Assembly: GCA_018398765.1 (NCBI GenBank)
Contig: JAHBMJ010000333.1
Coordinates: 1-64,000 of the forward strand
Reading direction: 5' to 3'
DNA length: 64,000 bases
From: Chromera velia
Lineage: Eukaryota
In this document: positions 1 through 10,932 of the stretch, in pieces
Layout: each line of letters starts with the position of its first letter
How positions within the stretch are numbered: the first letter of the stretch is position 1
Made by a program: the position numbers and the translations under genes
The notes under the pieces: model-generated
The model's input: the letters and a program-made list of their open reading frames with translations, nothing else
Databases searched by the model: none
Told to the model about the DNA's origin: nothing

Positions 1-719
1 TATCATAGCTTAAGAAATAGGCCACACCAGAAGCTGATTTTTTTTGTAGTAAATCTCCCACCATATGGCATTGAATGAAAGTAAAAAAAGCTTCGTACAA
101 CTAGGGTGGCTTAAGCAACATTTTTGAACCTGTTGTGAAAAATTCACATTTTTTATTTGGAGACCTCATTTTTTTTAGATTTTTTTTTTCGCTTCCTAGA
201 AGGTTTGATGACCATCTAAGCCAGATTTCTAGGACCTGGGACTCCCGGCTATAAGTTGAATAACATGGTTTCTTTTGAGTTTTTGTATCTGACTCACATG
301 ATTTTTTGTTTATTTTTTGTAGCTACAATTACTGGACAACCGCCGGTTGTCCAGTAATTCTTTCAAATACTAGATTTATCATAGCTTAAGAAATAGGCCA
401 CACCAGAAGCTGATTTTTTTTGTAGTAAATCTCCCACCATATGGCATTGAATGAAAGTAAAAAAAGCTTCGTACAACTAGGGTGGCTTAAGCAACATTTT
501 TGAACCTGTTGTGAAAAATTCACATTTTTTATTTGGAGACCTCATTTTTTTTAGATTTTTTTTTTCGCTTCCTAGAAGGTTTGATGACCATCTAAGCCAG
601 ATTTCTAGGACCTGGGACTCCCGGCTATAAGTTGAATAACATGGTTTCTTTTGAGTTTTTGTATCTGACTCACATGATTTTTTGTTTATTTTTTGTAGCT
701 ACAATTACTGGACAACCGG
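1..719. mobile_element. Two head-to-tail copies of a ~377-bp MITE (copy 1 runs off the window edge, copy 2 = 343-719)
   Basis: 1-342 repeats at 377-718 (period 376). Copy 2 has 17-bp TIRs CCGGTTGTCCAGTAATT (343-359) / AATTACTGGACAACCGG (703-719), followed by TA, which suggests a Tc1/mariner-type target. Confidence 0.8.
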
Positions 720-1307
720 TAGGCGGAAGTACACAAACTTTGTGTTTTGTCACGCGGTGCTGATCCCACTTTGCAGAACCATGTCATGCCCAACCTCATG
801 CTATAACGCGAAGGCCCAGGCCTGTAAAGTTATATAAAGTAGATTCTAGTAGACTCACTATAGAGACGGTGGCCCGGTCTTTGATGATCGAAGGTTTTGT
901 TATGCATGTCGCATCCCCACATATGAGGGGCGGATCTAGCCTAGTTTGTCTAAAGGTTCCATGTTCCTGTCAGTCTCAATTCTAGCTAGGAGCAAGCTTA
1001 TTAATCACTTTCAATACACAACTTATCACTTGTGCCAGTGGCTTCTACGGCAAGATAGAAAAACCAAAGGGGGATCAGAGACGGTACATGCAGAACCTTC
1101 CCCACATCTCCCTCCCTTAGCAAAGGCTAGTACCCTTTGTTAAGAGAGAAAGACCTCAATCTATCTAGTCAATCTATGAACAACCCAACCCATCAACCCC
1201 CTTTCTTCACTCAAAAGCCTCCAGGCTTGCTTTCTTCTCCTCTAATTCACCTTTTTTCCCTTGACAATCATTTAATTGATCTTTGTATACTCAGAAAGAA
1301 CGGCCGT

Positions 1308-2034
1308 TCACTTTGCGCCTTCCGAGTCCAAAGACGCGGAGAACGCTGCCACTTCCCTTCCGAGAAGGCACTTGAGCTGGAAGAGACCCCTTGTGCCCTT
1401 CCTGCTATGAATAGAAGAAAGAAGATTTGCTGCAACAAAGCGCTGCAGTGTGTAGGAAAGGACCTTGTAGTAGCGGTCCATGAGTCTCGCTTGCACCGCT
1501 TGATCTCCTTCTCCGCCTGTCACTCTCCCTGCCCCCAACTTTGCAACCTCCTTCAAAAACCTGATCATCCTCCCCTCTGGTCTCCCGTATGTCTCAAAGA
1601 TGAGAAGCAAAAAATAAAACCTGATCTCATAATAGATCTCCCCATACTTGTTGTTCTTTACTTTCTCCATTGCTCTCGCTGCTGACCATGCTGTCTTTGC
1701 AAATCTACATAGGCGGTTGGCATCGATCAAAAATGGATGAGTGAGTCAGACGGCAACATCTGTAAGCATGATGTCCCCTGCGGGGAGGTCTACAAGAAAA
1801 TCAGGGCGTTTCTGTCTCTCTTTGACAAGATGGGTTGGGGTAAACAGTCTGAGCTGTCCGAAAGTGGGCTCTCTTATCATATAGTAATGCTGGAGCCCCT
1901 GGAGGAGGGAACCTAGGAGGAAACAGAATGCGTCCTTCATCTGTTCATATCTCCACTACACCCCCCCTCCCGTCCCACAAGTCTGGGCATGCTGTCCCTC
2001 AAACACTGAAACTATAGTGACACAATACCCTATA
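1308..2034 (-). pseudogene. 3' fragment of a non-LTR retrotransposon with restriction-like endonuclease (CRE/R2-type)
   Basis: Minus strand reads GQHAQTCGTGGG (Zn-knuckle end), RPDFLVDLPAGDIMLTDVAV (PD..D), K..KY, IFETYG, LSYTLQRFVA; stops and frameshifts present. May continue beyond the insertions at 10693-10789 and 13508-13640. Confidence 0.75.
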
Positions 2035-2038
2035 CACT

Positions 2039-3510
2039 ACCTAGGGGGACAAAATTAATACATATTATATCTAAGAAGCATATCTTCAACACAATCATCA
2101 TGGGCTTGTGGCACCCTAGTAAACGTAATCTAACGTCAGACTAAAAGATAACTTCTTATTTATATATAGCTCTGTCGTTTTGCTTTATATGTCAAATCTG
2201 TAAAATTGAAAAATGGTAGTCTAGGAGCGCTCTAGGAATTAAAAAAAAAATTCTAGGACTTCAAACTGAATTTTTTACCCAATGTGAAGCCCGTAGGACC
2301 CAACTAGTTAGTATAAGTCTTCACTAAGTCTACTTGGTCAACTTGGTCCAACGCCGCCCCTTTTATCTGATAAACTCAAATCTTCGTTTTTTTTAAAAAA
2401 ATTATGCATTAATTTTGTTCCCCTAGGTGTGAAACGCTCAACATTAATTCATCAATTAAATCAAAACGTCAAAAAGATATAAATCAATTTTATGTAAAAA
2501 TACTTTGAATAATTTGTGATGCAATGATACTGTTTGATGTGGGTTAAGATTTGAGATTGATTTTATTTTCATCATAGTGTGTTTATGAAATTTCTGTTTT
2601 TTGTTTTTCAGTTTTTTTTCAAAAAAATCATAAAGTGCCTACACGTATTGCTGTATGGCTTTGCTTACAACAACAATATAATTGAAAAGCGTCAACGTTT
2701 TTCTTTCATTACTGTGAACTTGTGTAGCTATTTCTTATCTATTAGAATTATTTTAGTTTTAAAAAGTTTCTACTTGTAAAAACTTTTTAAAACCAAAATA
2801 ATTCTAATAGATAACAAACAGCTGCACAAGTTCACAGTAATGAAAGAAAAACGTTGACGCTTTTCAACTGTATTATTGTTGTAAGCAAAGCCTTACAGCA
2901 ATATGTGTAGGCATTTTATGATTTTTTTGAAAAAAAACTGAAAAACAAAAAACAGAAATTTCATAAACACACTATGATGAAAATAAAATCAATCTCAAAT
3001 CTTAACCCACATCAAACAGTATCATTGCATCACAAATTATTCAAAATATTTTTATATGAAATTGATTTATATCTTTTTGACGTTTTGATTTAATTGATGA
3101 ATTAATGTTGAGCGTTCCACACCTAGGGGAACAAAATTAATGCATAATTTTTTTGAAAAAAACGAAGATTTGAGTTTATCAGATAAAAGAAGCGGCGTTG
3201 GACCAAGTTGACCAAGTAGACTTAGTGAAGACTTATACTAACTAGTTGGGTCCTACGGGCTTCACATTGGGTCAAAAATTTAGTTTGAAGTCCTAGAATG
3301 TTTTTTTCAATTCCTAGAGCGCTCCTAGACTACCATTTTTCAATTTTACAGATTTGACATATAAAGCAAAACGACAGAGCTATACATAAATAAGAAGTTA
3401 TCTTTTAGTCTGACGTTAGATTACTTTTACTAGGGTGCCACAAGCCCATGATGATTGTGTTGAAGATATGCTTCTTAGATATAATATGTATTAATTTTGT
3501 CCCCCTAGGT
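2039..3510. repeat. ~1.47-kb near-perfect palindrome with almost no spacer
   Basis: 2039-2770 is the reverse complement of 2771-3510, centred near ...AAAAAGTTTCTACTTGTAAAAACTTTTT... Differences between arms are mostly transitions. Confidence 0.92.
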
Positions 3511-4605
3511 GTGAAGGGCAAAATCGATAATTTTCATTTTTGACAAAGTCACTTCTCACTCCTAGTCTGTTCTTCAAGGCCTAGCTGTCATCAGACACTA
3601 TCATTCTTTCAAGTTGTAGCTTTTTATATCTACTACCTCTGGTGAGAAAAAAATGTTGTTCTTAACTTACTTTCTGTCTGTTCTGTAATACACTGTGTAT
3701 ATTGCCAAGTATTTTGGAACTACCTTCACTCCTTTCATTACAGAGACAAACTAAGCAAGAGACAGAAGAGCAGAGTAGGATGCTTGAAAGCGCTTTAGCT
3801 TGATTAAGAGATTAGCATATGACAGAGTCTACCAGGCTTCTACCTTAAAGGTCTTTCCAAGAAAAGCATGTGCTTTAAAACATGAATTGAAAGTGACCGT
3901 TCTATGTTTACAAAGCTCTCCCTCTTTTCAAGTTTTTGGAGTCTATTTCACAACAGAACAGGTCTAGGAGAGGCTGCTGGAAGAACGCAATGTTTGCTTT
4001 TAGATTATAGATTGGAGCATTGTTTCTGTTCAGTGGGCTGAGAAGAATGGACTGACCCGGGTGCTTAACCATCTGGCCGATATCGATGTTTCAATTTCTA
4101 CTTGTAAAAACTTTTTAAAACCAAAATAATTCTAATAGATAAGAAACAGCTACACAAATTCACAGTAATGAAAGAAAAACGTTGACGCTTTTCAATTGTA
4201 TTGTTGTTGTAAGCAAAGCCTTACAGCAATACGTGTAGGCACTTTATGATTTTTTTGAAAAAAACTGAAAAACAAAAAACAGAAATTTCATAAACACACT
4301 ATGATAAAAATAAAATCAATCTCAAATCTTAACCCACATCAAACAGTATCATTGTATCACAAATTATTCAAAGTATTTTTCATGAAATTGATTTATATCT
4401 TTTTGACGTTTTGATTTAATTGATGAATTAATGTTGAGCGCTCCACACCTAGGGGAACAAAATTAATGCATAATTTTTTTGAAAAAAACGAAGATTTGAG
4501 TTTGTCAGATAAAAGGGGCGGCGTTGGACCAAGCTGACCAAGTAGACTTAGTGAAGACTTATACTAACTAGTTGGGTCCTACGGGCCTCACATTGGGTCA
4601 AAAAT

Positions 4606-4964
4606 GCATGCCTCCAAGCACTTCGTTCACTTCGAGCTGTTGGTGTTACATTTGATTTGGTGTGTATATGGGTGCATGTTGGTGTTGCATTATGTTGCAT
4701 GCATGCTAGTGTTGCTTTTTAAGGTCTCTCGCATGATGCACAGCGAAAATAATCTGCGCGCGCGCACGTTTGACCACAAAATTCGATCAAAAGCATGCGT
4801 GCGTGATTGCATTGGATCAAGTGACTGTGGCTAGCCGGATAGCTTTCTTTTGAAGCATCCTTGTTTGTCAGTCACAATAAACCGAGACCTTAAAAAGAAA
4901 GTCGGCGCAGTGAAGACTACTGACTAGATTGTCCATCTAGCCTACAGCTTATCTTACAAGCTAG
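4606..4964 (+). repeat. PLE 5' pseudo-LTR
   Basis: Near-identical to 10107-10454 apart from transitions and an ~11-bp indel. Confidence 0.92.
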
Positions 4965-5112
4965 TTTGTACGCGGTGTGAATCCCTGTTTGGGAATATCA
5001 CATTGCAGCAGATTCAGATTCAGACTGATGTAGCCTGGTCACGTTTTCAGTTTCCAGTTTCCAGGTTTTGAGCTGAATTCTACTGTTGTCGATATGTGTT
5101 CTTTCTGAAAAA

Positions 5113-6432
5113 ATGGAGAGAAAGCCTTTCCCGGTTCGAGTAGGAGGAGGGACAGGCGGACAAGGGACTGGACTCCAGGCAAGGAGACCCAGGTATGTGC
5201 AGTTGGTTGATGTCTTGCCGACTGCCCCTGGGGCTCTCCTTGTTTTGAATCCAAACCAAGTCCCTGAGTCAACTGGTGTCATTCTGCCTATCCATTTCTC
5301 TAATACGCAGGCTGAGCAACTCAAGCAGATGGACGCGCAAGGAGAGGAAGGAGGGCGGATGGTTGTGTCGGTCCAGCCCATCAACGTCTACAAGAACCAC
5401 ACTCGGAGGATGTTCTCGTTTGACCTTCAGGATCAGCCCAACCTATACTACAAGCCCGAGTATACGAAGGTCTACGCAAGCAATGAAGCTGTGTCTAACG
5501 CCATGGCTGATTTCGCGCGGATAACCTTCAGCAAAGCGGGAGGCCCTGGTTCAGTGTTCGTACTCGAGAACGCTGCCAGTCGGGCGGAGCACCAGCAGAT
5601 CGTGTTGTGCAACTAGGATCAGTTTCGGAAGCTCCTGGCTCTCGGACTTCAGTGTTTGTACACACTGATGGCAGAGTGCGGGTATGATCCAGACCGCTTG
5701 AAGAAGGCTTTTCGCAAGATCCTCTCCCGACTGCCCCCGGACCCTTTCCTTCCCCAGTATGGAGTGGTAGGACACTCCAATGTTCACGTCAGACCTGATC
5801 CTCAGGTCTTGATATATTCGAACCCGCTGGAGGCTGCCTTGGCGGCCTTGTAGACAGGTGAAGGGTGTCTGGGTGGGCAAGATGGCATCCCAGGTACGGC
5901 CAGTCAGCCCGTCGAGATCGAGGGATCGGACGTTGAGATGTCGGCTGTGCAGCCGTCTGGCAAGAGGCGATGTCCATGTAAAGGAGCAAAGTCAGTGCCT
6001 GGCCCAGGTACTCTGGCTCAGCTCCAACAACAACCGCAGCAACAGAAGCAGCAGCAGCAAACAAAGGTTCAGCAGAAGACTATGAGCAGGAGAGAGGGAC
6101 TGTCAGTTGCAGATCCCCTTGTCACCCCGGTGAGGGAGCAGCCTTCGCGGCTATATGGTCGGGTCTGCGCTGAGCTCCCAGCCCCACAGGAAGTCGAGTA
6201 TCCAACGTTGGTACAGAAAGCCAACGATCTGTACACCAACGTGGTTGGTTTCCTCCAAGCCCACGGTCAACCAGTGGAGGAAGACTATGTGAAAACCCTT
6301 GTGATCAGGAATCTCCGTCAGTGGGGGGTCAGGAGGGATACCATCCCTAGTGACGCAGAACTGCAGGAGCTGTTCTTCTGTGCTATCCATCTCCACGGAG
6401 ATGACAGCGGTGTTGACAGGCAGGCCGTCTGA
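5113..6432 (+). pseudogene. PLE ORF1, ~440 codons, unknown function, two in-frame TAG
   Basis: Track ORFs 5086-5616, 5656-5853 and 5938-6432 share one frame and are separated only by TAG at 5614 and 5851. ATG at 5113; Gln-rich linker; no domain recognised. Confidence 0.7.
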
Positions 6433-6641
6433 ATATTAGGAGTCATCTCAGCGAAGTAAGTGACTCCCCTGGTCAGTCTTATTGCTCAAAAAAGCTAAAC
6501 CGCTACGTCATTAATTTGATAAGAATGGATTCCTGGCAATTTTCTATGTGTGTTGCAGGTGGAAGAGGGAACAGAAGTAGGGAGGGGGAAGGGTGGGAAT
6601 TAGATTCATGGGCACTTAGGGTGGAAGCGTCAAACTATGCA

Positions 6642-9600
6642 ATGTGGAGAAGAATTGAACAGCTGCGTAATCTGGCAGATGCTTTGTTTACTCATGCTCC
6701 AAGGATCTGGAGAGAGAGGGATCCGTTATCGCTAATATTCTTACATTTGGGTGCAATTCGTTCTTTGCTGTTACAGTTGTTACATAGACGCCTGCATTTG
6801 ACTTATCCTGTATACCGTGACGATGTGCGTAAGTGTAGTTGTAAGCTAAATGTCGAATTGCCTCTGTCTCGATTTACAGGCGGAAGGAGTGTTAAGATTG
6901 TATTGCAACGCCGTAAGTGTGACGGGAGCCAGAGTGGTGCTTCAGGTGCGTCTCTCTGGAGGTCTCGTCATATTTAACGGCTGTTGCTTGATGCTGCTGA
7001 TGCATTGTTTGTTGAGTGGTGTGAGCGGTGGTTAGAATTCGCTCCTACAAGATTTGCTTTTTACCTCAAATCTGTTCGTGATCGATTGCAAGCGTATGGA
7101 GTGCCCGTCTGCACATGTTCAAATAGTACAAATGTATTGTATATGATGTTTTCTCCTTTCTTTCATCGTGGTCCTTATATTGGGTGTACTTCTCAATTTG
7201 TATCTCAAAGGTTGAGAGGGCATGTGAATGCAGCATTTTCTTTGACTCGTCGGGGTGGGCAACAAGCAATGCATGCTTCTCGTCTGTACATCGCTTTTTC
7301 ATTTGACTCTTTACATTTATGGACGTTGATGCCGGTATGCCATATAGCTGACGCAAATGGATGGACTTCCAGAAAGCTCTTGCTAGTAACAGAAGCCTTG
7401 GCAATCTTGCAGCTGCAGCCCTCTCTGAATATGAAAGGAAATCCTTATTGTTCCATTAGTGATAAATCAATGATTCATATACCTGTGCAGGGCGAACATT
7501 CGCCGTCGCAGCCCTTGAGAAAGGGCAGGCGGGGGCAAGATGCTTCGTCCAAGGCTGCGTTGCCGAGATCGTTGTGTCCTCTCTCCTTGCGAGAGATGAT
7601 CATCAAAATTCCGCAGAGAGGGTGGAAGAAAGAGGATTTTATCAGAAGAGCAGATGTAATTGGGGCTGTGGGTGGGGCTGGGTCGTTGGCTTATCATCTG
7701 TGGCTTCGATCTTTTTTGGGAAGAAGAAGAAGATCGAAACAGCAATTGGGGTGGTTGTCAGTTGAAAAAGAAGATTTAATTGCAGTTGTCAGGCAGGAGT
7801 TGCGCTATGCAGATGTGGAGTTCTTTCGAGGATTGTTTGTGTTGAATGTCAAACGCTTGTGTTTATTGAGGGAATGGAAGTTATCTGATGTCCTTTCATC
7901 TGTTTTTGTTTTTGATTTTCGTATCCCAAACGTCTCTCTTCCTCTTATCCTCAAGGTAGTTCGTGGTTGCTTGTCCAGTTTTTTCTCTTCTTTTTCTCTT
8001 TCTACGCCTCTCCGAATTCGTTTACGCTCAGCTGAAGCCCCAAACTTGCTTAAATTGCTGAAAAATAAGAAGGAGGCTTCGTTGAGCTTGAACGATAGGG
8101 ATGCGGATTGCAATGCAATACAGATGAATGAATGTAATTGCGAAAGGTTGATTCATGAATTCAATCTAAAGCAATATGAAGGGCATGTGTGTGCACTCTT
8201 GTCCACGTCTCCTTCGCTAAGTGATGCTCTGTCTCTCCCTCTTTTCTGGAACTGCAATACTCCTTTTCTCAGTAAGGCATCTGATTTATTGAGAGCATGC
8301 AAGAAAGAAGGAAGAAAGATTATTGCTCGGCTACCAAACAGTGAGCCGCATCTAACAGAAGAAAGAAATACGAAGTTGAAAAGACACTTATAGGAATGGA
8401 AAGAAACCTTTGAGTCAGCGGTGGACTCAACCCAAGCAAAAAAAGGCTTATTTCCATCGCCCATTTGTCCGCCTTCGGCCTCTTTGATGCGCCGTCTAAG
8501 AAAGTCTTTGTCAATTGTATTGATTGATCGTTCCAAGGGCGATTTGGCTTTTATGTGCCCGAGGGTTTATAAGCATTTTGGGGTTTTTGAGCTCTTTCCT
8601 GCCTCTAAAGCATTTAAGCATCTGACAGAGGAACAAGTGAAAGAAAAGACAAATCGATGGTTTCGGCCTGCTTGGCCGAAGGTGCTGCAGGAGGCAGTTG
8701 AAGTCTTCCCTCCTAGAAGTAAAGCATCTCACCAGTGGGGGCTTGGGGTAGCTCTTCCAAAAAGAAAATCTTGGAACGAGGAAGGAAAGCCTCTAAGTGG
8801 TTGGGGAGAAATGAAATTTCGTCCTTTATCTTCGTATTTTCATCATGCTTGGAGAAAGGCTCTTTTTGTTGTTTGTCAGGCTCTGAATTTTTTGACATCT
8901 TCCATGTCTCCTCATGCCACATTGATAGCACCTGATCAATTCACCACTGCAGTAGACAGATTGAATTCAGCAGAGTCAGATTTGACATGCGAACAATTTT
9001 TTTTGTGTAATCCACAAGGCCCGGCTCATGGAGCAAAACTGTCTGTGAGAATAGAAGATATTAAAGAGTTCTTCCCTTCATGCCCGCGTGAAGAAGTACT
9101 TCAGGAAGTGAATAAACGCATCCATGAAGTACACGAGGAAAAGAGAGCGAGGTTTGTGTGTTTTCTGAGGGGATCGGTTGAGAGAGTTTTTCGTCAGCAA
9201 ATTAGACCTAGAGGTGGTCGATTTTTGGTATCATCTGTGCATGTGCGCCTCGTCCCGTTCTTTTCGTCACGTTGCAATTATTTTCATGCTGATGCCCTTC
9301 CTTTGTGGTGGGTGCCTGAGTTCTTGAAACTTGATTTTGAGACTTGTTGCATTAGAGTGGGTAAGTGGTTTCTTCATCAGAAAGAAGGGTGGCCACAGGG
9401 GGCGCCAGTGTCTCCGGGGGGGACGCAGTTTTATGCTGCCTACAAAGAGAGGCAATGGGCTCAGCATAGGGGTGTGGATTCTTTTAGAACTGATGCATGG
9501 TTAATAGCTCGCTGGATTGATAATTGTCTGATTGTGCTTCGGCATCAGGAGCAGCTTTCACTTAGTCAATCTCCTTTTCTTTCTGCTTTCCTCAATCCAC

Positions 9601-9968
9601 AATTTTATGCTCCTACGTGCAAGCTTGTGCAGCAAGAAAAGAATGACTTCTTGCAGTTTCATTTGTCAGTGTGTCCAGTTACTACAAGACTGTTTTGTAC
9701 GCCTAAGAAGTCAGTAGCTCCTTTACCTCGCTATATGCATGCAGCTGCTGCTCATCCAAATTTCTTGAAAAAGAGGATTTTGAAGGGTCATTTCATGCGC
9801 GCGATGTTGTATTATATCGGTCCCCCATCCATGTTGATTACTGTAATGCATGATTTAATTAATGAGTTGTGCTGTTTTGGGTACCCACGAGAGTTGTGTG
9901 TGCATACAGCGAGGGAGGTGTATTATATGTTGTTTCGTTTGCCGTTGCCGGGCTGTTTATCAGATTGA
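6642..9968 (+). pseudogene. PLE ORF2: GIY-YIG endonuclease plus reverse transcriptase (~1100 codons), two in-frame stops and a D>N change in the catalytic motif
   Basis: Track ORFs 6516-6977, 6984-8393 and 8421-9968 are in one frame (TAA 6975, TAG 8391). Motifs: NVLY..YIGCT..RL..H, E..I..QPSLN, CNC..GHV, IDRSKG..FMC, FRPLSS, EDIKEFF, QKEGWPQGAPVSP, RWIDN, HP..KG..R..GYP. Start may be ATG 6525 or 6642. Confidence 0.88.
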
Positions 9969-10106
9969 TTAGAAGAGTGTGAAAGCGTAGGCAGTATGCC
10001 CCATGTGTGCGTGTGTGTGTTTGTGTGCTGTTGGTGTTGCCGGGCTATGAGGCCCGGTAACGCCAACAGCTCTTCGTTTTCTTCATGCTTGTCGGCATGT
10101 GCAAAC

Positions 10107-10454
10107 GCATGCCTCCAAGCACTTCGTTCACTTTGAGCTGTTGGTGTTACATTTGATTTGATGTATATGTGGGTGCATGTTGGTGTTGCATTATGTTGCA
10201 TGCATGCTAGTGTTGCTTTTTAAGGTCTCTCGCATGATGCACAGCGAAAATAATCTGCGCGCGCGCACGTTTGACCACAAAATTCGATCAAAAGCTTGCG
10301 TGCGTGATTGCATTGGATCAAGTGACTGTGGCTAGCCGGATAGCTTTCTTTTGAAGCATCCTTGCTTGTCAGTCAGTCCTTAAAAAGAAAGTCGGCGCAG
10401 TGAAGACTACTGACTAGATTGTCCATCTAGCCTACAGCTTATCTTACAAGCTAG
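10107..10454 (+). repeat. PLE 3' pseudo-LTR
   Basis: Matches 4606-4964. Confidence 0.92.
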
Positions 10455-10932
10455 TTAGTTTGAAGTCCTAGAATTTTTTTTTTCAATTCCTAGAGCGCTC
10501 CTAGACTACCATTTTTCAATTTTACAGATTTGACATATAAAGCAAAACGACAGAGCTATATATAAATAGGAAGTTATCTTTTAGTCTGACGTCAGATTAC
10601 TTTTACTAGGGTGCCACAAGCCCATGATGATTGTGTTGAAGATATGCTTCTTAGATATAATATGTATTAATTTTGTCCCCCTAGGTAGTATATGCATATA
10701 TAACTACTAGTAGTAGAAGCATGTTAAATGCTATGTTTTAATCCAATCTGGGTTTAATAAGTAAAAAGAGGTAAAAAAGTAGAGAAAACAACCCCCTTGA
10801 CACTAAGCTATGCTTGATCGGAGGCTACTAAAGATGGTCTTAGTCTTAATTGATCAAAGGCGGCCGGAGGCCACCAAAGAAAATTTAATCATATGTCTTG
10901 ATTGAAAGCCGCCGAAAGCGGGCAACGAGTAG

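Larger units (their letters stand above)
4606..10454 (+). mobile_element. Penelope-like retroelement with permuted domain order (GIY-YIG before RT; Naiad/Chlamys-like), one full unit plus an upstream partial copy
   Basis: Direct repeats at 4606-4964 and 10107-10454 (pLTR, no TG..CA). Removing the element restores the host arm GTCAAAAAT|TTAGTTTGAAG seen intact near 3271. GIY-YIG and PLE-type RT motifs in ORF2. Confidence 0.9.
2035..10690. mobile_element. Non-autonomous foldback-type TIR element with CACTA terminus (CMC-like), interrupted by a PLE
   Basis: Starts CACTACCTAGGGGG (2035) and ends CCCCCTAGGTAGTA (10690), with TA on both flanks (2033-34, 10691-92). A ~740-bp arm occurs three times: 2035-2770, inverted at 2771-3510, and inverted again at 4098-4605 plus 10455-10690. 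Confidence 0.75.

Noticed and set aside
4860..4960. Hammerhead ribozyme in the pLTR (GTGAAGA resembles CUGAnGA)
   Set aside because: No C3 and no correctly placed GAAA or stem II on either strand; it can only be retested on a consensus.
5113..9968. Alternative genetic code (TAA/TAG = Gln), since the PLE internal stops are all TAR and many terminal stops are TGA
   Set aside because: The two host genes have no internal TAR despite many Gln codons. The Gypsy has TAG at a conserved Trp and TGA at an Arg position. C>T/G>A decay explains the pattern.
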